64,000 nucleotides of DNA from Moniliella sp. 'wahieum' (Eukaryota). The stretch spans positions 186,001 to 250,000 of the forward strand of contig RSEE01000043.1 in NCBI GenBank assembly GCA_003971905.1. The letters run 5' to 3'. A program made the position numbers and the translations under genes. The notes below the pieces were generated by a model that was given only the letters and a program-made list of their open reading frames with translations, had not been told where the DNA came from and made no database searches. Of the stretch, positions 12,552 through 25,980 are shown one piece after another (within the stretch, counting starts at the first letter, position 1; the number at the start of each line of letters is the position of its first letter).

Positions 12552-14823
12552 GGAGACGGCGAGGAGCGAAGCGAAGAGGGGGAAGACGGGGCGCTGTACC
12601 AGCCAGGCAAGAGGAGGCGGGTGGGGGAGATGGAGGCGGTTGCGTCCGACTGGGGGGCGTCGACGTGGGCTGAGTGTTAGTCACTCAGCGCCTAACACTC
12701 AGCGCTAGTACTCAGCCCTGCTCAGCCTCGGCGCCTCCGCTCGACGGGGCGCCAAGGCCCAACCCTAGTCCCACCCCCCCGCCTCCGATCGCCGCATGGC
12801 GCCACTCGCCGATCTGGATCGATCGGCGGGCATCCCACCCCGGGTCGCACGCGCCACACTGCCCTCTGCCTGGACGCCTTGCTCCGTCGTCGGGACAGCA
12901 CGGGGCCAGTCTGCCCTTCCTGCGCAGGCATGTGCGCCCACCGCTTCCATGGTAGCCACAGTGAATATTGACGCGTGACGCTGACGCGCTGACGGCCATC
13001 CCGATGCCCCGCACAGACCATCACTCCGATCGCCTGGTGTTGCTCTGCGTAGACCCTCCTCGCTACCCCCACCAACCGTTGCCTCGTCGCCGCACTCCTA
13101 CCCGCCGCCCCGAAGCGGCCTCGAAGCAGAACCATCCTCCGTTGCTCCTCTTCGCTCCCAGCACCCCCTCCGCCCTGATCGCCATAGGTAGGCCATGATA
13201 TTCACCCAGACGCCGCCGCATAATGGTAGGCCCAGACACCCGAAATCCACGGTCAGACTGTCGGTCCAGCTTCTTTTCCTCCCCCCTTCTTACATCTCAC
13301 CCACAGCAAGCGGGCAGCAGCCACCCGACACCATAGGTCTTCTCCAACTGTGACATGTGACATAGCATCTCAGTCCGCCTGGAAGCCAAAGAGGCATGGT
13401 CTTCAATCAAGCTCCGTCGCCTATGCGCCACCGCTATGCTGCCACCCAGACAAACCAATCCAATCCATCCCCCGCGTCGGCACACACATACACGCATGCC
13501 ATCTCGCCCCGCTTTACACTGCAGATGCGCAGGAGGGAGGGAACAATGTCCTGTGGTGCAGATGTTGACTTTCCAATGAGGTCCACCTTGATTTCTTCGC
13601 TGTCCCAGTGCAGGAGGGAAGGAACGCACGAAACCAAGTCTTGGGACCCACGATGACGTTGGTCCGCAGCTTTGGCTCTGAAGCAAGGTAGTTCTTCTTC
13701 TTTCCGCTGTGGTCGGGCGCGGTGGTACTGGTTTGTCGCAAGCCCCTGCAACCACGGGCGCAGGCACTCAGCCCAAATCCACGGTCCTTGTCAGCTTTTA
13801 GCCCAATTGGCCTCTCGTACCACCGGCACAGGAGGTGCGATCGTACGGCTCAATCCAAAAACCTTCTCTGTGCCCTCTGGACATGCGCCCCTGCCGCGCG
13901 TACCAGTCATGGGACAGAGAGAGTACCGCTCGCCGTGGCAGAGTTGCACTTTGGTTTGGTTTGGGTGGTTCGTCACGGGCGTCCGTAGGGGTGACCGGAT
14001 CGGAGAGGGAAGGAAGGGAATGCCCTGTTTCCTATTCCTCACCTTCAGTTGGCTCGGATCGGCCGTGGTGTGTGCAGGGAGGTGAGGGCAAGGCAATGAG
14101 GTGCGTGTGCAGACCCCACGATGGTGGGCCGCCAACGCTGGGGCCGCCTCGGTCGGATCGAGTGTGCCAGTCACAGTCCAACGAACCTGACCATGACCTT
14201 GACCTTGAACTTGGACCGATCTACGGACCAGGCGCTACGCCAACCTGGCTGCCCAGGCCTGGGAAGGACAGCGCCATGCACGTGAAGTGAGGCGGGGTCG
14301 GAGGCACTGCTAGAGTTGTCCCCCTTCTGATTGATACCGTCGTCACGTTGGCAGTGAGGGCTGGGCTGAGGGCTGGTGCCGAGGTAGAGTTAGAGGTAGA
14401 GGTGGAGATGGAGATAGAGGCCGAACGGGCGGTTGGTGGAAACATCGGGATGGGCCGTCCGGACTAGGCTCAGGAGGGTTAGGTTGTGGCTATAAAATCG
14501 GCGTGCTTGTCCCCGCAACTGTGAGCCCACAGCGGCCATCCCAGCACCCCATCTGTCTCCTGCTCTGTGCTGCTGCTCCGACGCCAGGCGTTCAACTTTC
14601 AACCTCCCCTTCCAATTTCAATGTTCCATCCCTTGGACACAGGGCATCCACTCCGCGCCACGTTTCAATGTTCACTGCTTCCGGCGCTGCACCTGGGCCC
14701 GCTGTGCTTTGCACCGACTCCACCCCCCTCGCCATCGCCATCGCCCACGCCAGCAGCTTCACGCTCGACAAGACGACAACGACACCAGCCGCAGCCCGGA
14801 CCAGCCCTGTCTGCTTCGCTGCC

Positions 14824-16002
14824 ATGTCCGCCTCACCTGCCCCTCCGCCCCCGCTTCCATCGATCCTGACCCCGCATCCGAGGCATCCGAGGCACACACG
14901 CACCCGAAGCACACGACCCGCCCGACTTTGCCGGCACGTCCGAACCCGAACCCCCTGCCAAGAAAGCTAAGCTTGCCGCTTCGCTTCCGGCCGACGACAC
15001 CTCCGACCAGGCCAACGAGACGGTCTATGTGCGCAATCTGAATGAGGACGTTCCGCTGGCCAATCTCAAACGACGCTCTCCAACCTATTTGGGCTGTTTG
15101 GCAAGGTGATCAGTGTCCAGGCGCGCAAACAAGTGCGCATGCGCGGTCAAGCGTTTGTCACCATGGCGACGCCCCTCGCTGCGGCCCAAGCAATCCAGGA
15201 TTACAAGGGTTCATGCTCTATGGCCGAACGATGCAGCCGTCGTTGGCGCAACACAAGGCGACAGCCAGTGTCAAGCGTCACGCGGAGCGCCAAGCCAAGC
15301 GAGCTATAGCTGCTGCTGAAGGCGACCCTGTAGCGATCCAAGCTGCGCAACAGGCCAAGGAAGCTACGATCCAGCAGCACGCCCAGTGGCTCAAGGTACA
15401 CCAAAAGACTCAAAGACGCGGGAATGCGTTGCGGAGGAAACAGTTGGACGCTAAAATTGCTGCGGAGCGCGGTACGTGTCTTCCCTCTTTCCCTTTCCCC
15501 TTTCCCTTTTTCCTTTCCCTCTCCATCATTCGCCGCTCCCCTTGTGTTCCCCTTCCCCTTCCCCCTTTTGCCTGCACCAGCGCACCACGCTAACCTCTCT
15601 ATTCATTTCCTTTGTCGTACAGGCGAGGCGCCCCAGACCAAACCCAAGGTGGTCACGGGCTTTGCGACGAATACCTTCCGCCCAACAAAGTTATCTTCCT
15701 CCAAGCTTGCCGATTCTACTACCCAAGCCGATCTCGAAGCGCTGTTGGTCGAGGTGGGCCGGGTGCCGTCTGGGTTTGAAGTCAACACCATCCCGCGCAA
15801 CCCTAACATTGCGTTTGTCGAGTTTACGATATTGCCACCTCGGCCACGGTCAAGACGTTGTTGGACGGACACGAGTTCGCTTCGGGCGACCGGATCAAGG
15901 TATGTCCTCTCCCCTATTGCCTTTTCTTGCTTGCCTGCTTGTCTGTTTGTCTTTGATATGGGAACTGACGGTTGTATCCCCTAGGCTACGTTTGCTCGGT
16001 GA
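14824..16002 (+). CDS. U1A/U2B'' family snRNP protein (two RRMs)
   Basis: NETVYVRNLNE, FGKVISVQARKQVRMRGQAFV and FMLYGRTM in RRM1; NIAFVEF...IKATFAR* in RRM2. Introns at ~15472-15621 and ~15900-15984. Confidence 0.85.
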
Positions 16003-16405
16003 TCGGGGATGTGGTTCGTTTGGTCATGTGGACTTGGGGGCCGGAACGCAATCAATTCAATGACGACTGGCCTCTTTGGTGAATTTGAGTTTGGGTGCAC
16101 TTGCGTAGTTAGGTATGGCTTTCCTTTCATCGGCGGGTTCGTTACCGACTGGCCAGTCAGAATGTTGGGCTAGGCACGAAATGGAATAGTAGGATCCAGG
16201 TCTACATGACAATAAGCCCAATCACAAATTTACAACCAAAAAGCAGAGAGGAGATAGAGCAAGACAGAGAGAGACGATTGGATTGGCAACGGGAAAGATG
16301 GACCAGCATGCTTTCCTCACGTTGCTGGAAAGGTACTACTAGTCACCGTTCACTGATAGAGATCGAACAAGTGAAAAAAGGAACGGGGAATAGAACGGGA
16401 GACCT

Positions 16406-17655
16406 TTAGTAGTAGCTGTCGCTGCCGTAGCTACCACTGCCGTAGCTACCACTGCCATAGCTGCCACTCCCGTAGCTGCCGCTGCCGTAGGAGCAACTGC
16501 CGTCGTAACTACCGCTGCCGTAGCTGCCCGAGCCGCCGCGTTACCGTTCTTGGGCACCAAGACACTTCGTGGGCATTTGCTGCTCGGGCGCGATGAGGAT
16601 AAAGTTGTCCGGGGTGGTGCTGCGGCCGCGGGTGTGGAAGGAGAGGTAGCCTCCGCTGATCCCGCCCGACTCGCACTGGAATTGAACTTTCTGGCCAAAC
16701 GCCTTTTGCGTGCTATCGTCCCCGTCGCACCATAATAAAAAGCAAACTGCCCGTCAGTCTCTCGCCTCATATGCAGTAGTGCACCACCCGACAAGGGAAA
16801 TGGAGGTGAACGGGCACGGTGAGGTATGCCAGGGGGAAAGGAAATAAGGGGTACGCACGCATCTTCCAAATCCGACAGCTGGAATTTCTTGGAGCCCGGG
16901 GTGTAGCCCGCGTCAGACAGAGCCTTGTAAATGTTGTACTTTTGGTGCAGCGCCACCACGGTCGAAAAGAAATCAATCATATCTTGGTACTTGGTGTAGC
17001 CCGAGCCGTAGCAGCTGGGTTCGAGCGTACTCACAAAGCACCCGTGCTTGCTCCACTCGTGCTCCCAAAACTTTTCGTTCGACGTGTCGTTAGGGATCCA
17101 GTTGGTGTTCATGTAGTCCACCAGGTCCTGCTTGCCCGCATTTTTCAAAATGGTGCCAATGCCCGTGTAGGCGCGGTCCGAAGGGCACTGCGGCGTAGAG
17201 TAACTGCCATCACAGTTGTCTGATTGGATGGTCGTTTGCCCATTCTGCGCGTCAGCACACCCATACCAAACACACCTAATCCCACATGGCGATAATTAAA
17301 GCAAAACGAACGGGGACAGGAAAGCAAGAAAGAAAGAAAACGTACCTGGCCAAAGACCGTGGATGGTAAACATGTCGGCAGGGCCCGTAGCGGGATCGGT
17401 ATCCCAGAACGTAGTGAGCTCCAGCAGGCCACCAGGGGTGTTGACCGTGCATGCGTCCGCGCCCGACGCGCAGGAGGAGCAGGACACGCACGTGTCGCCC
17501 CGTGCTTCAACGTGGTTGCCAGCACGGTAAAACGCACGGCCGTCCAGTTCGGCCAGCAGCTGGCCCTCGGCCGGCGCGGGCGCTGCCCAGGCAGGAGCGC
17601 AAGCAGCCACCACCAGCGCCCCAAGGACGGCAAACGAGTTGGAAAGCGTGACCAT
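16406..17655 (-). CDS. Secreted ribonuclease T2 with probable Gly/Ser/Tyr-repeat C-terminal tail
   Basis: Signal peptide MVTLSNSFAVLGALVVAAC; CAS I FTIHGLWP and CAS II FWEHEWSKHG. Introns at ~17220-17345 and ~16709-16858; TATATA upstream near 17760. The 3' end depends on indel correction. Confidence 0.9.
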
Positions 17656-19183
17656 GGTTTTGTGCGAGGAAAGAGAAGGTAGGGGAAAGGAGAAGGAGGT
17701 GAGGGACGGAGAGGAGAGAGGTGCGGGGTGTGAGTGGTGGCGTGTGGACAAAGGGCCAACTATATATATCGCTACACAGAGATAGATGAGGGCGATGAGG
17801 GGAGAAACAGCACCGAGTGTGGCCATGTGGTACGGATGCGAGGACCATCCACATTAAAGTTGTATCACACGTGGGGGGCACATGCGTCACTGTGCTCTCT
17901 GGCCTGCCGTACCACATGCTTAGGCAGGTGGCTGAGACGCCCGCAGTGGGCCCCCCGAGGGCAGGGCCATCCATACGAGCTTGAAGCTTGAAGCTTGAAT
18001 GAGGGAGGGGGTCTGCCTGGTCTGCCGCGTGCACTTGTCCTTCGCAGCACGCTGTGCTCTGGCGTGGGTTGTGGCTGAGGGCTAGGCGGATGGAGTGGTC
18101 TGTCATGCGCAAGGTGGAGGCTCGTCGAGCTGTGGGGGATACACTGAGGCCACAGCCAATCAAAGCCCCATCACACATTACACGCCACGACGCATGATGC
18201 GCACGAGACGAATCGCAAGTCCACAGTGGCGCCGGCCGAGCCGATCCGATGATCATCCATATATCGGCGCCACGCCCCTCTCTCGGCCTGCTTGGCGCAG
18301 ATGATTACCTCGACACCAGACATATGCTGTGTTCACAACGTTCACAGGCTAGGAGGGTGTATGGGACGGGAGATACGGCGATAATGGCTCTAATGACATC
18401 ATTCATCCCTGCCTCACCAACACAGTTATCGATTGTTATCGAGTTATCGGTTACTCTTTTCTCATGGGATCTTTGATCCTATTCCCCTCAGAATGAGCCG
18501 GCCAACTATGTTGGCCTGTGCCACACGTAATAAAAGCCTTGTTGCAAACTTGGAAAGCTACCGAAAAAGAAGGCATCTTCAGAGTCATCTCTGTCTATCA
18601 TCGTTATAATAGCACAGTCCACTGTTCCACTGCCGTACTCTCGTTTGGAACTCTTGTGAGAGAGAGACCAACAGACGCACCAGAACGAAACGAGAATGTC
18701 TTCTGCAGGGAAAAGGGTACGGTCCCATATTTAGACCACGTTCTCTACTCTTCCGAAGAGAAAATATTCTAGCCGATGTAGAGTTTTATTCTGCTAATAC
18801 TGTGGCAGTATGAAAGGCGCCAACTCTCTTCGACACAATTGACATGATCGCATATGGATGGCACACGGGCAAAAAAGCACCTCAGCAACATCAACCGGGG
18901 GCCTTATGCAAGGCCCGGCCGGATTGAACGCCCACACACAGGGTACACAGGGTTTGGTTCATACATGGCAGCTTGTAACTCTCGAATGACCTGATCACGA
19001 TACATATCATGTTAAACAGAGATGAATACGCAACCACAAATAAAAGTATACACAACACTGATGGAAGAGAGGTTCTCTACCATCAGAACGGAAGAGAGTC
19101 GGTACTTTTGGTAACTGACTTCGACGGAGGGGATAGTGTCGTTCAACTTGAACCACCGAGAGGGATTCCCCTGCCGCTTCCTT

Positions 19184-20699
19184 CTACATCCTCCACCCCA
19201 CTGGGCCGCGGGCCGAATCGGCGTTGACTGCGATGGGCATAGAACGTACGTCTTGGTGAATAAGGGGCGGAGGGCAATAAGATGAGAAAGCATGGGTATC
19301 TGCTCCCACTGCCGAATCGGCTTGGGTGACGGAAGGAACGGATTTATCCGTGTGGTAGTAAATGCTGCTGCGTACCGTTACTCCCTTAAAAGCGTCGCGC
19401 TGGTGAGCGGCAGGTACCCTTTATTGGCAGTGCCATTGGAACCACTGCTACCAGTGCCAGCAGTGGGAGACCTTGGCTATTGTACGACCTGCCTCCATTG
19501 GAAGAGAAGCCGCGCCGGATGGTGCTGACACGGGGGCAAATGACAAGAGAAATAAAGGCATGCAAAGGCAAGCACCATCCCATGCGCATGTTGTCCGGCT
19601 CCTTGCGCCCCAAGACAAACGGGCAGACATACTGATTCCCACCAACTCCAGTGCCCAGGAGAACAACAAACAACGTAACCCGTCCGAGATAAACTTGCTT
19701 GCGGCAGGGGAATGACCAATTTCTTCGTCAGGGCCTTGGATGCTGAGCATGTGCTTAAAAGCAAGCTTGATGGTTCGTGTAATGCCCGCGAACGTCTCTC
19801 GCCAATAACCTTTGGCGTTGGTCCTTGTTGTTGTCCCGTGACAAAGGCGAGGGAAACGATGGAGCTGATGAAAAGGACTGTGTCCTCAAAGAAAAGAACG
19901 AGATACACACTCATTGGCATCCACCTCGGATCCCGTGCGGTACCACAACGGAAGCCGATTCGGAATCCAAGTGGCAGGGGGCGTGGCGAGCTAGGGACAG
20001 AACCACATTCCAAACGTTAGTTCTTTGTGGTCTATCGTCACAACAGCGTGAATGAAGGCAAGGGAAAGGCGGAAGAAAGAAAAAACAGCGTACCTCGATA
20101 CTGTAGTGGCAACCCAGGCAAATGTACACCACACTGCGCACAAGTAGACGTTTGCCGCCCACAGTCCCGCCCACAAGAATCGACGGCCGGGCATGCTGCG
20201 TGTGATGCTCATAGTACGGAACGTAAGAAGCGCCTGACCAATACAACACTGCACGCCAATCACAAAAAGGGATGCATGTAGCGCGCCATTGCACGATTTG
20301 GGCAGGCGATAGTAGTTGACCGTCACGGCCAAAAGGGAATGACCATGAGCCGCGACAAGAGATGACAAACTAAGATCGGGTGCGGTAGTTTCAGCTGGGT
20401 TCCTTTTTGCTTGGCATAGGTTGCAGCCCCGTCGAGCTGCGCAGGCCCAAACACCGTTGAAGTTCAGGCCAAAAGATGTACCGAACGTCTGAGGGAAGGG
20501 CGGTGATCCAGTCAAATAGGATCGCACCCACAATCACCAAATTGATCCACCAGCTGACGCTGCCCACATACACTGAGTCCTCCATCTCCTTGAATACCGG
20601 CTGAAGTTCGGGAGGGAGTCCGGCCCAGGGACCCTGGCCCTCAATGTACGGCCAAGACGGGTTCTCTTGCAAGATTTGCGCCAAGCTTGGCGTGCTCAT
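19184..20699 (-). CDS. Multi-pass membrane protein, basidiomycete DUF6533-like
   Basis: VIVGAILFDWITALPSDVRYIFW resembles the DUF6533 N-terminal motif (YD..LTL..EV..IW). Several hydrophobic segments follow across shifted frames; TATA near 20886. Family assignment is from memory of the motif, not a search. Confidence 0.55.
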
Positions 20700-23600
20700 G
20701 TTGGGTATAATACGCGGACCACACAGGGAAGAGGCGAGCGAGGGTGAGGGTGGGGATAAAGGTGAAAGGGAGGTGTGGAAGGAAGGTGTGGAAGGAAAGT
20801 GTGTGGAAGGAAGGGAAAAAAGTTGAGGGTGCGGAGCGGGATTGAACGGTACAGAAGGCAGAGGGGGGGCAGCGGATAGGGCTTGTATATTATGCACGTT
20901 TCTCCACCCTGTACTGCGCCCTATACCCCGTCATAGGAACCGAGTGGTCGGATCCTTTTTCTTTTGTGAGAAAAAGGTGGGCACGATGAGGAGAAAAGCT
21001 TAGTGCATACTCTAAGCTTGAAGCTTCAAGTCAAGCCTCCCCGATAGAATCCAGACTTTCAATGACATTGATCGACAAACCAAAAAGTAACAGAGCGTGC
21101 CTCTCTCTCCGCAACTTTTTCAGCGCGCGTCCAATGTTGCGCCGTTCTCTTCACACGTTCACCGCAGCCCAGCGCTGAGCTTCGGCTCCCATCAACACCG
21201 TGCTTCTGTTGTCCGTAGTACTCGTTTCCGGATGGCTAGCAGGGTATCCTGAAAGAGGCGTGTTGGACGGAATGTCAAAATCAAAACGCTCGTTCCAGCC
21301 GAAAATAAGAACAATGGACAATTCATGCGGGGTCAATATATGTGGCACACATGCCAGTGTGATCGCGAGGCGTCCGTTGATAATAGGCTGATGGGCGCTG
21401 CGCGCTGGGCGGCTAGGCACCCATGTAAGTACACAGTAGCGGCTATTTATGTTCAACGTTCACGCGTCACGTGTCACACAGTGAGCGGTTGTGTAACGTA
21501 TACAAGTAGAAACTATAGAGGGATGGGGGTACGCGTAGTAGGTGTGTCAGGTGCTCAGGCCGGACCGGTCAGCAGCTGACCTCAGAGGTGTGTCCCACCG
21601 TCACTATGTGCATTTGCATTACGTGCATTATATGATCGAGATGCATCGAATGCATCGTCGATCGATGATCGATGTCGATAAAATGAGCGTGTTTTGCCCC
21701 AATGCACTAAACGTCCTTTTGTGATATGACCATAAATTCCACGCGTGTTTATACTTCCGTGTCCCCACCATGTAATATGCAACGCTACAGTATAGAGAGA
21801 CCACTAAGTATATACTGTAACCACATCATTGACAGTGGGACAAAAGAAAATGCTACGCTATAAAAACCGGCCCGTTCATCGGACGTGTGTGTTGTGCTTA
21901 TTGCGCCAAGAACCTCTCGTTCTAGGAACCAGCGGAATCGCCAGGAGATCAGAATCCTCTGGGGCCCACCATCCGTTCCCATATCCGGGTAGCACGTGTG
22001 AATACGGACGAACGAGGTAGACCTTCGAGCTGTGAACTATCTCCATTGAGACTCGATGGTCAATTCCTTCCAGTTCCCACAAGCATTTTGCCCGCTGTCT
22101 TTTTGGTGGCATACTATCCTTGCATCGTCAAAACCAAAGGGAAAACCAGTTGTTAGGTGTGTCCCTAGTACTTATTGGCGTTTTTGTCGCATTCTGCTTG
22201 TTCCAGCGGCAGCCCGGAAACAGCTCCTTCTCCCTAAAGGATACTAAGTACCAAAGTGTTAACAACAACATTTCTCATGCGGTGGGTGGGGGGTCACCGG
22301 TCACCGGGCAGAGTCCAGGGCCAGCAGGGTCGCCCTGAGAAAGTTAATAAAGCAACCTGAACGCCTGAGCCTGAGCGCCTGAGCCTGAGCGCCCTGAGCG
22401 TCTGAGTGGGCCCGATCGGTTTGATCTGGGACTTGCCTTTTCATCTTGCCAATTACGCCAAACATGTCCCGACTGTACCTTGCATGCCACAGAATGCATA
22501 GTCTTCCGTCGTTTTACGCGTCACGCGTCACGCATCAAGCTTCAAGCTTTCACCTGTCGTCTTGTCGCCTTGTTACAATGTCACACAACAGTGTTGTACA
22601 TATTATCTGGGTAGTGCTATGTATCAACACTCTAGAGCGGTTGTGTGGGTGTGGAAAACAATAATACCCCGCATTTCTGCCAGGCAAAACAGGTGTGTGT
22701 ACCTGTGCGAGTTGGGAATGGCGAGGATAATAGATCTATAATCAATAATCGATCATCGAGACATTGAAAGCTGCCTAATGGAGAGGAAGCGACCCGATCG
22801 ACGTGATTGGCCAAGTAGCGATGCGAGAAGATCTGCCTGTTTAGTGCTTAGCGCTGAAGGATTAATCGGTAGCGGATGAAAGAAGAATCGGGCTGGGAAT
22901 GCATTTGCAGAATGAACGATGGGTGAGGACAAGTAGTCGATCTCACCGGAAAGAGACTAAACCGCGGTTTGTGTCCGTTAACGTCATTAACGTTTGACTG
23001 AGAAGTAGGTACCCGACCAAGCGAAGGACGGATGCATACTGTGCATGGCGGAAACAGTCAGAGACAGCTTGTAAGCTCACCACGCTAGTCCGGCCTTGAG
23101 TGCAACAGGGAAAAGAAGAAGGAAGGGAACGAGGCGCGACGGTAGTATATATCTAATCCGAAGCGCACGAGTTGCGGAACACTCTGTAGCCAGTTCCGCT
23201 TGTCAGCGACATGGCCGATCAAGCTTCAAGCCACGCTAAGTGGTGTCACATGTCACATGCCACCACACTCTAACAGAGTAGGGTAGGGATGACTTCTATA
23301 GTAGGAAGGGGGGAGGAAGGATGTCGATGATTAAGGGTTGGAGGGCCATATGAAGCTTGAAAGAGAGACTGTGGCCGGTCCTGTAAATGTCGGGAGGGTG
23401 GGGGGGTGGAAAAGGCTTCGCTCACCACGGGCTCGTTCAGCGCGCTCAGTGCTCAGTGCTCATCCTCCTCGTTGTGGACATATGGATACCGAATCATAGA
23501 CAGACAATATCATGCCAAAAGCACCTTCTGTAGCAGCCAAAGCGAACGGGGGCGTAAACGGGGCGTAAATAACTGGCGAATGATGATTGATTAATTGAAG

Positions 23601-24897
23601 TTCAATCAATTAAGCTGTACGAACGGGCCTGAAGACGAGGTAGTACAGAGGGTAATAGTCGGGGCTAGACGAGGAGACCAAGGCCCTGTCAGAGACGGGG
23701 AAATGGCAAGATCTTTGGTGGGAGGAAACAGAAGGCATCAGGCAGGGACAACAAAGGCAAAAAGGAAAGGGTTATATGCTTCTTCCACCGCACCATGCTT
23801 TCTGTTGCTCTTGCTTCTTCCCTACGAACGATTGCTACATCGTTTGACCTGGTCTCCACTCTGTCTCCCTCGCCTTAGCTCTCCGACTGTGACACGTGCG
23901 ATGAGCATATAGCTCCTATACATATTTCGTTCGCGGCTCTCGAGCCACAGCAGGCGATGGAGTTGGGATTGAGAGAACGTCTGTGGCGGCTGTGGGAAGG
24001 GCCGGGCAGGGCCTGGCAGGGCTGGATCCGCTACTAGCCATCTCAATCTGACGCCGGAATAACGTTCGAAATGGAGAATGGAGCGGGTTGTGTTCTGCAT
24101 GCTTTTGTGTCTTCGCGAGTGTCACACCGGCTCCACACACATCAGGCAACGTGGCCTCGAAGGCGTTCCACATACATCATGGCACCGCTGGTGGTCAATA
24201 ATCGATAATCCGCGGCCTACATTGAGTGTCGCTGATGGTGCTCAACAATCCGCGGCCCACATATCCTCGCCCACCCATCTGCTCCAATCCGCGGCATTTT
24301 AAGGCTCCTCATCGACCTCATCGTCGACGTTAGGACCTCGTCGACCTCACCGACTGCATTGATAACATGGAACAGCATGGTCAATTGGCTGTTATTGCAG
24401 AGACATGCGTATCACGTCGCGTGCCACCGGCTTAAGTTCATAGGGCTGGTGCAGGCTGGTGCTCTTACGATAGCGGCGCTTCATCACGCTGTGATATAGG
24501 ATGCAGCCGAGTGTGCTGTATGTGTGATGTGCCATCGCACCTGCGCTGCGACTCGGTGCAAGTGGGGCCTAACGTTAATGCCGCAGGCCGCGGCAGTTGC
24601 CACCCAGGGCAGCGAGTGCCCCTCGCCCGGCTGCGCCGCGGAGGAGCCGACATCTCCCCACCGTCTGCATCAAAACGAGATTGAACTAGGAGCTGCCACC
24701 ACACCGCGGGGTACTCAGTTGTGGCCATCGACATGGCCGCGGCTGCTGCCTGCCAAGTGGAGAGGCGACGCTGCAGAGAAAGAGGTTGGGGTATAAAGGG
24801 TTGACCGGGTTGACCCCCTGAAGAATCCACCCACACCTGCCTTCCCCCAGCCACCACATCACATCTGCCCCCTCGATTCTTCTTCTGATCGTCAGCC

Positions 24898-25980
24898 ATG
24901 CCCTCCCACCGCAAGATCGGCACCACTTCTGTTCCCAACCTGGGAGCTGGACTGATGTCCCTTGCCGCATTCTACGGCAAGCCCAAGACCCAGCCCGAAG
25001 TCGATGCCGTTCTCACCCACCTTCTCGAGCAAGGTGTCACCCACATTGACACAAGTGACATGTACAGCTCTCGCCCGTCTCTGGGACAGGGAGAGGAGCA
25101 GATTGGTTCTTTCTTCCAGAGCCACCCTGGTGTGCGCGACTCGTTTTTCCTCGCGACCAAGCACATGTTTACCATGTCTGAAACCGGCTTTGGTATTGCC
25201 ACGCCCTCGGTTGAATACACGCTACAGGCACTGGAAGACTCGCTGAAGCGTCTCACACGGATCATGTGGATCTGTACTATGCCCACCGTGCAGTGGAGCC
25301 AATTGAGCCTACGCTCGAGGGCATGAAGGCCCTCAAGGCAGCCGGAAAGATCAAGTACGTGGGTGTGTCGGAATACTCGCTGGAACAGCTGGAGCGCGCC
25401 GAGAAGATTGTCCACATTGATGCACTTCAAGTCGAAGCCAGTCTCTTCACACCCAACATTTTCACCAATGGTATCTACGATTGGGCCAAGAAGAACGGCA
25501 CGACGATTGTTGCTTACTCGCCGCTTGGACGTGGGGTCCTTACGGGCCAGATCAAGTCCCGAGAGGACTTGGCTCCGGACGACACGCGTCGGCTTTCATT
25601 TTTCCCTCGCTTTAGTGAAGAGAACCTCACCAAGAACGCGGTACTGGTCAACAAGGTCAAGGCTGTGCGTACCCCCCCCCCCCCCACACACACACACACT
25701 TCCCCAGACGACAAGAAATGGCTGACATCTCTACTTGACACAGGTTGCAGAGAAGTCAGGGTACACGCCCGGACAGGTGGCGCTTGCCTGGCTGCTTGCC
25801 CAGGGGGAGAATGTGGTGCCCATCCCTGGTTCGACTAACATCAAGCACATTGATGAGAATGTAGCTGCAGCGACCATTACGCTCTCGAAAGAGGATCTCG
25901 AGGAGATCCACAGGATCCTCGCGACGTTCACGACGGAAGGAGAGCGCTACGAGCTAAGCGGCATGAACATGGCCTTCTAA
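24898..25980 (+). CDS. Aldo-keto reductase (YakC/AKR13-like)
   Basis: LGAGLMSL, IDTSDMY, FLATKH, DLYYAHR, GKIKYVGVSE, AYSPLGRG, QVALAWLLAQG..VVPIPGS. TATAAA at 24792; intron ~25664-25743; 1-bp shift near 25260. Confidence 0.92.

Noticed and set aside
13400..14445. Minus-strand Ser/Thr/Pro-rich ORF fragments
   Set aside because: Short, low-complexity and discontinuous; not distinguishable from chance ORFs in GC-rich DNA.
16541..16543. Programmed stop readthrough into the GSGSY tail
   Set aside because: TAA is a poor readthrough codon, and nearby indels explain the frame more simply given the window-wide error rate.
23580..23632. Box C/D snoRNA candidate (ATGATGA...CTGA)
   Set aside because: Only ~53 nt, with no convincing terminal stem or recognisable rRNA guide.
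23600..24180. Possible small spliced minus-strand gene
   Set aside because: Splice-like signals are present but I could not build a consistent model or recognise a product.
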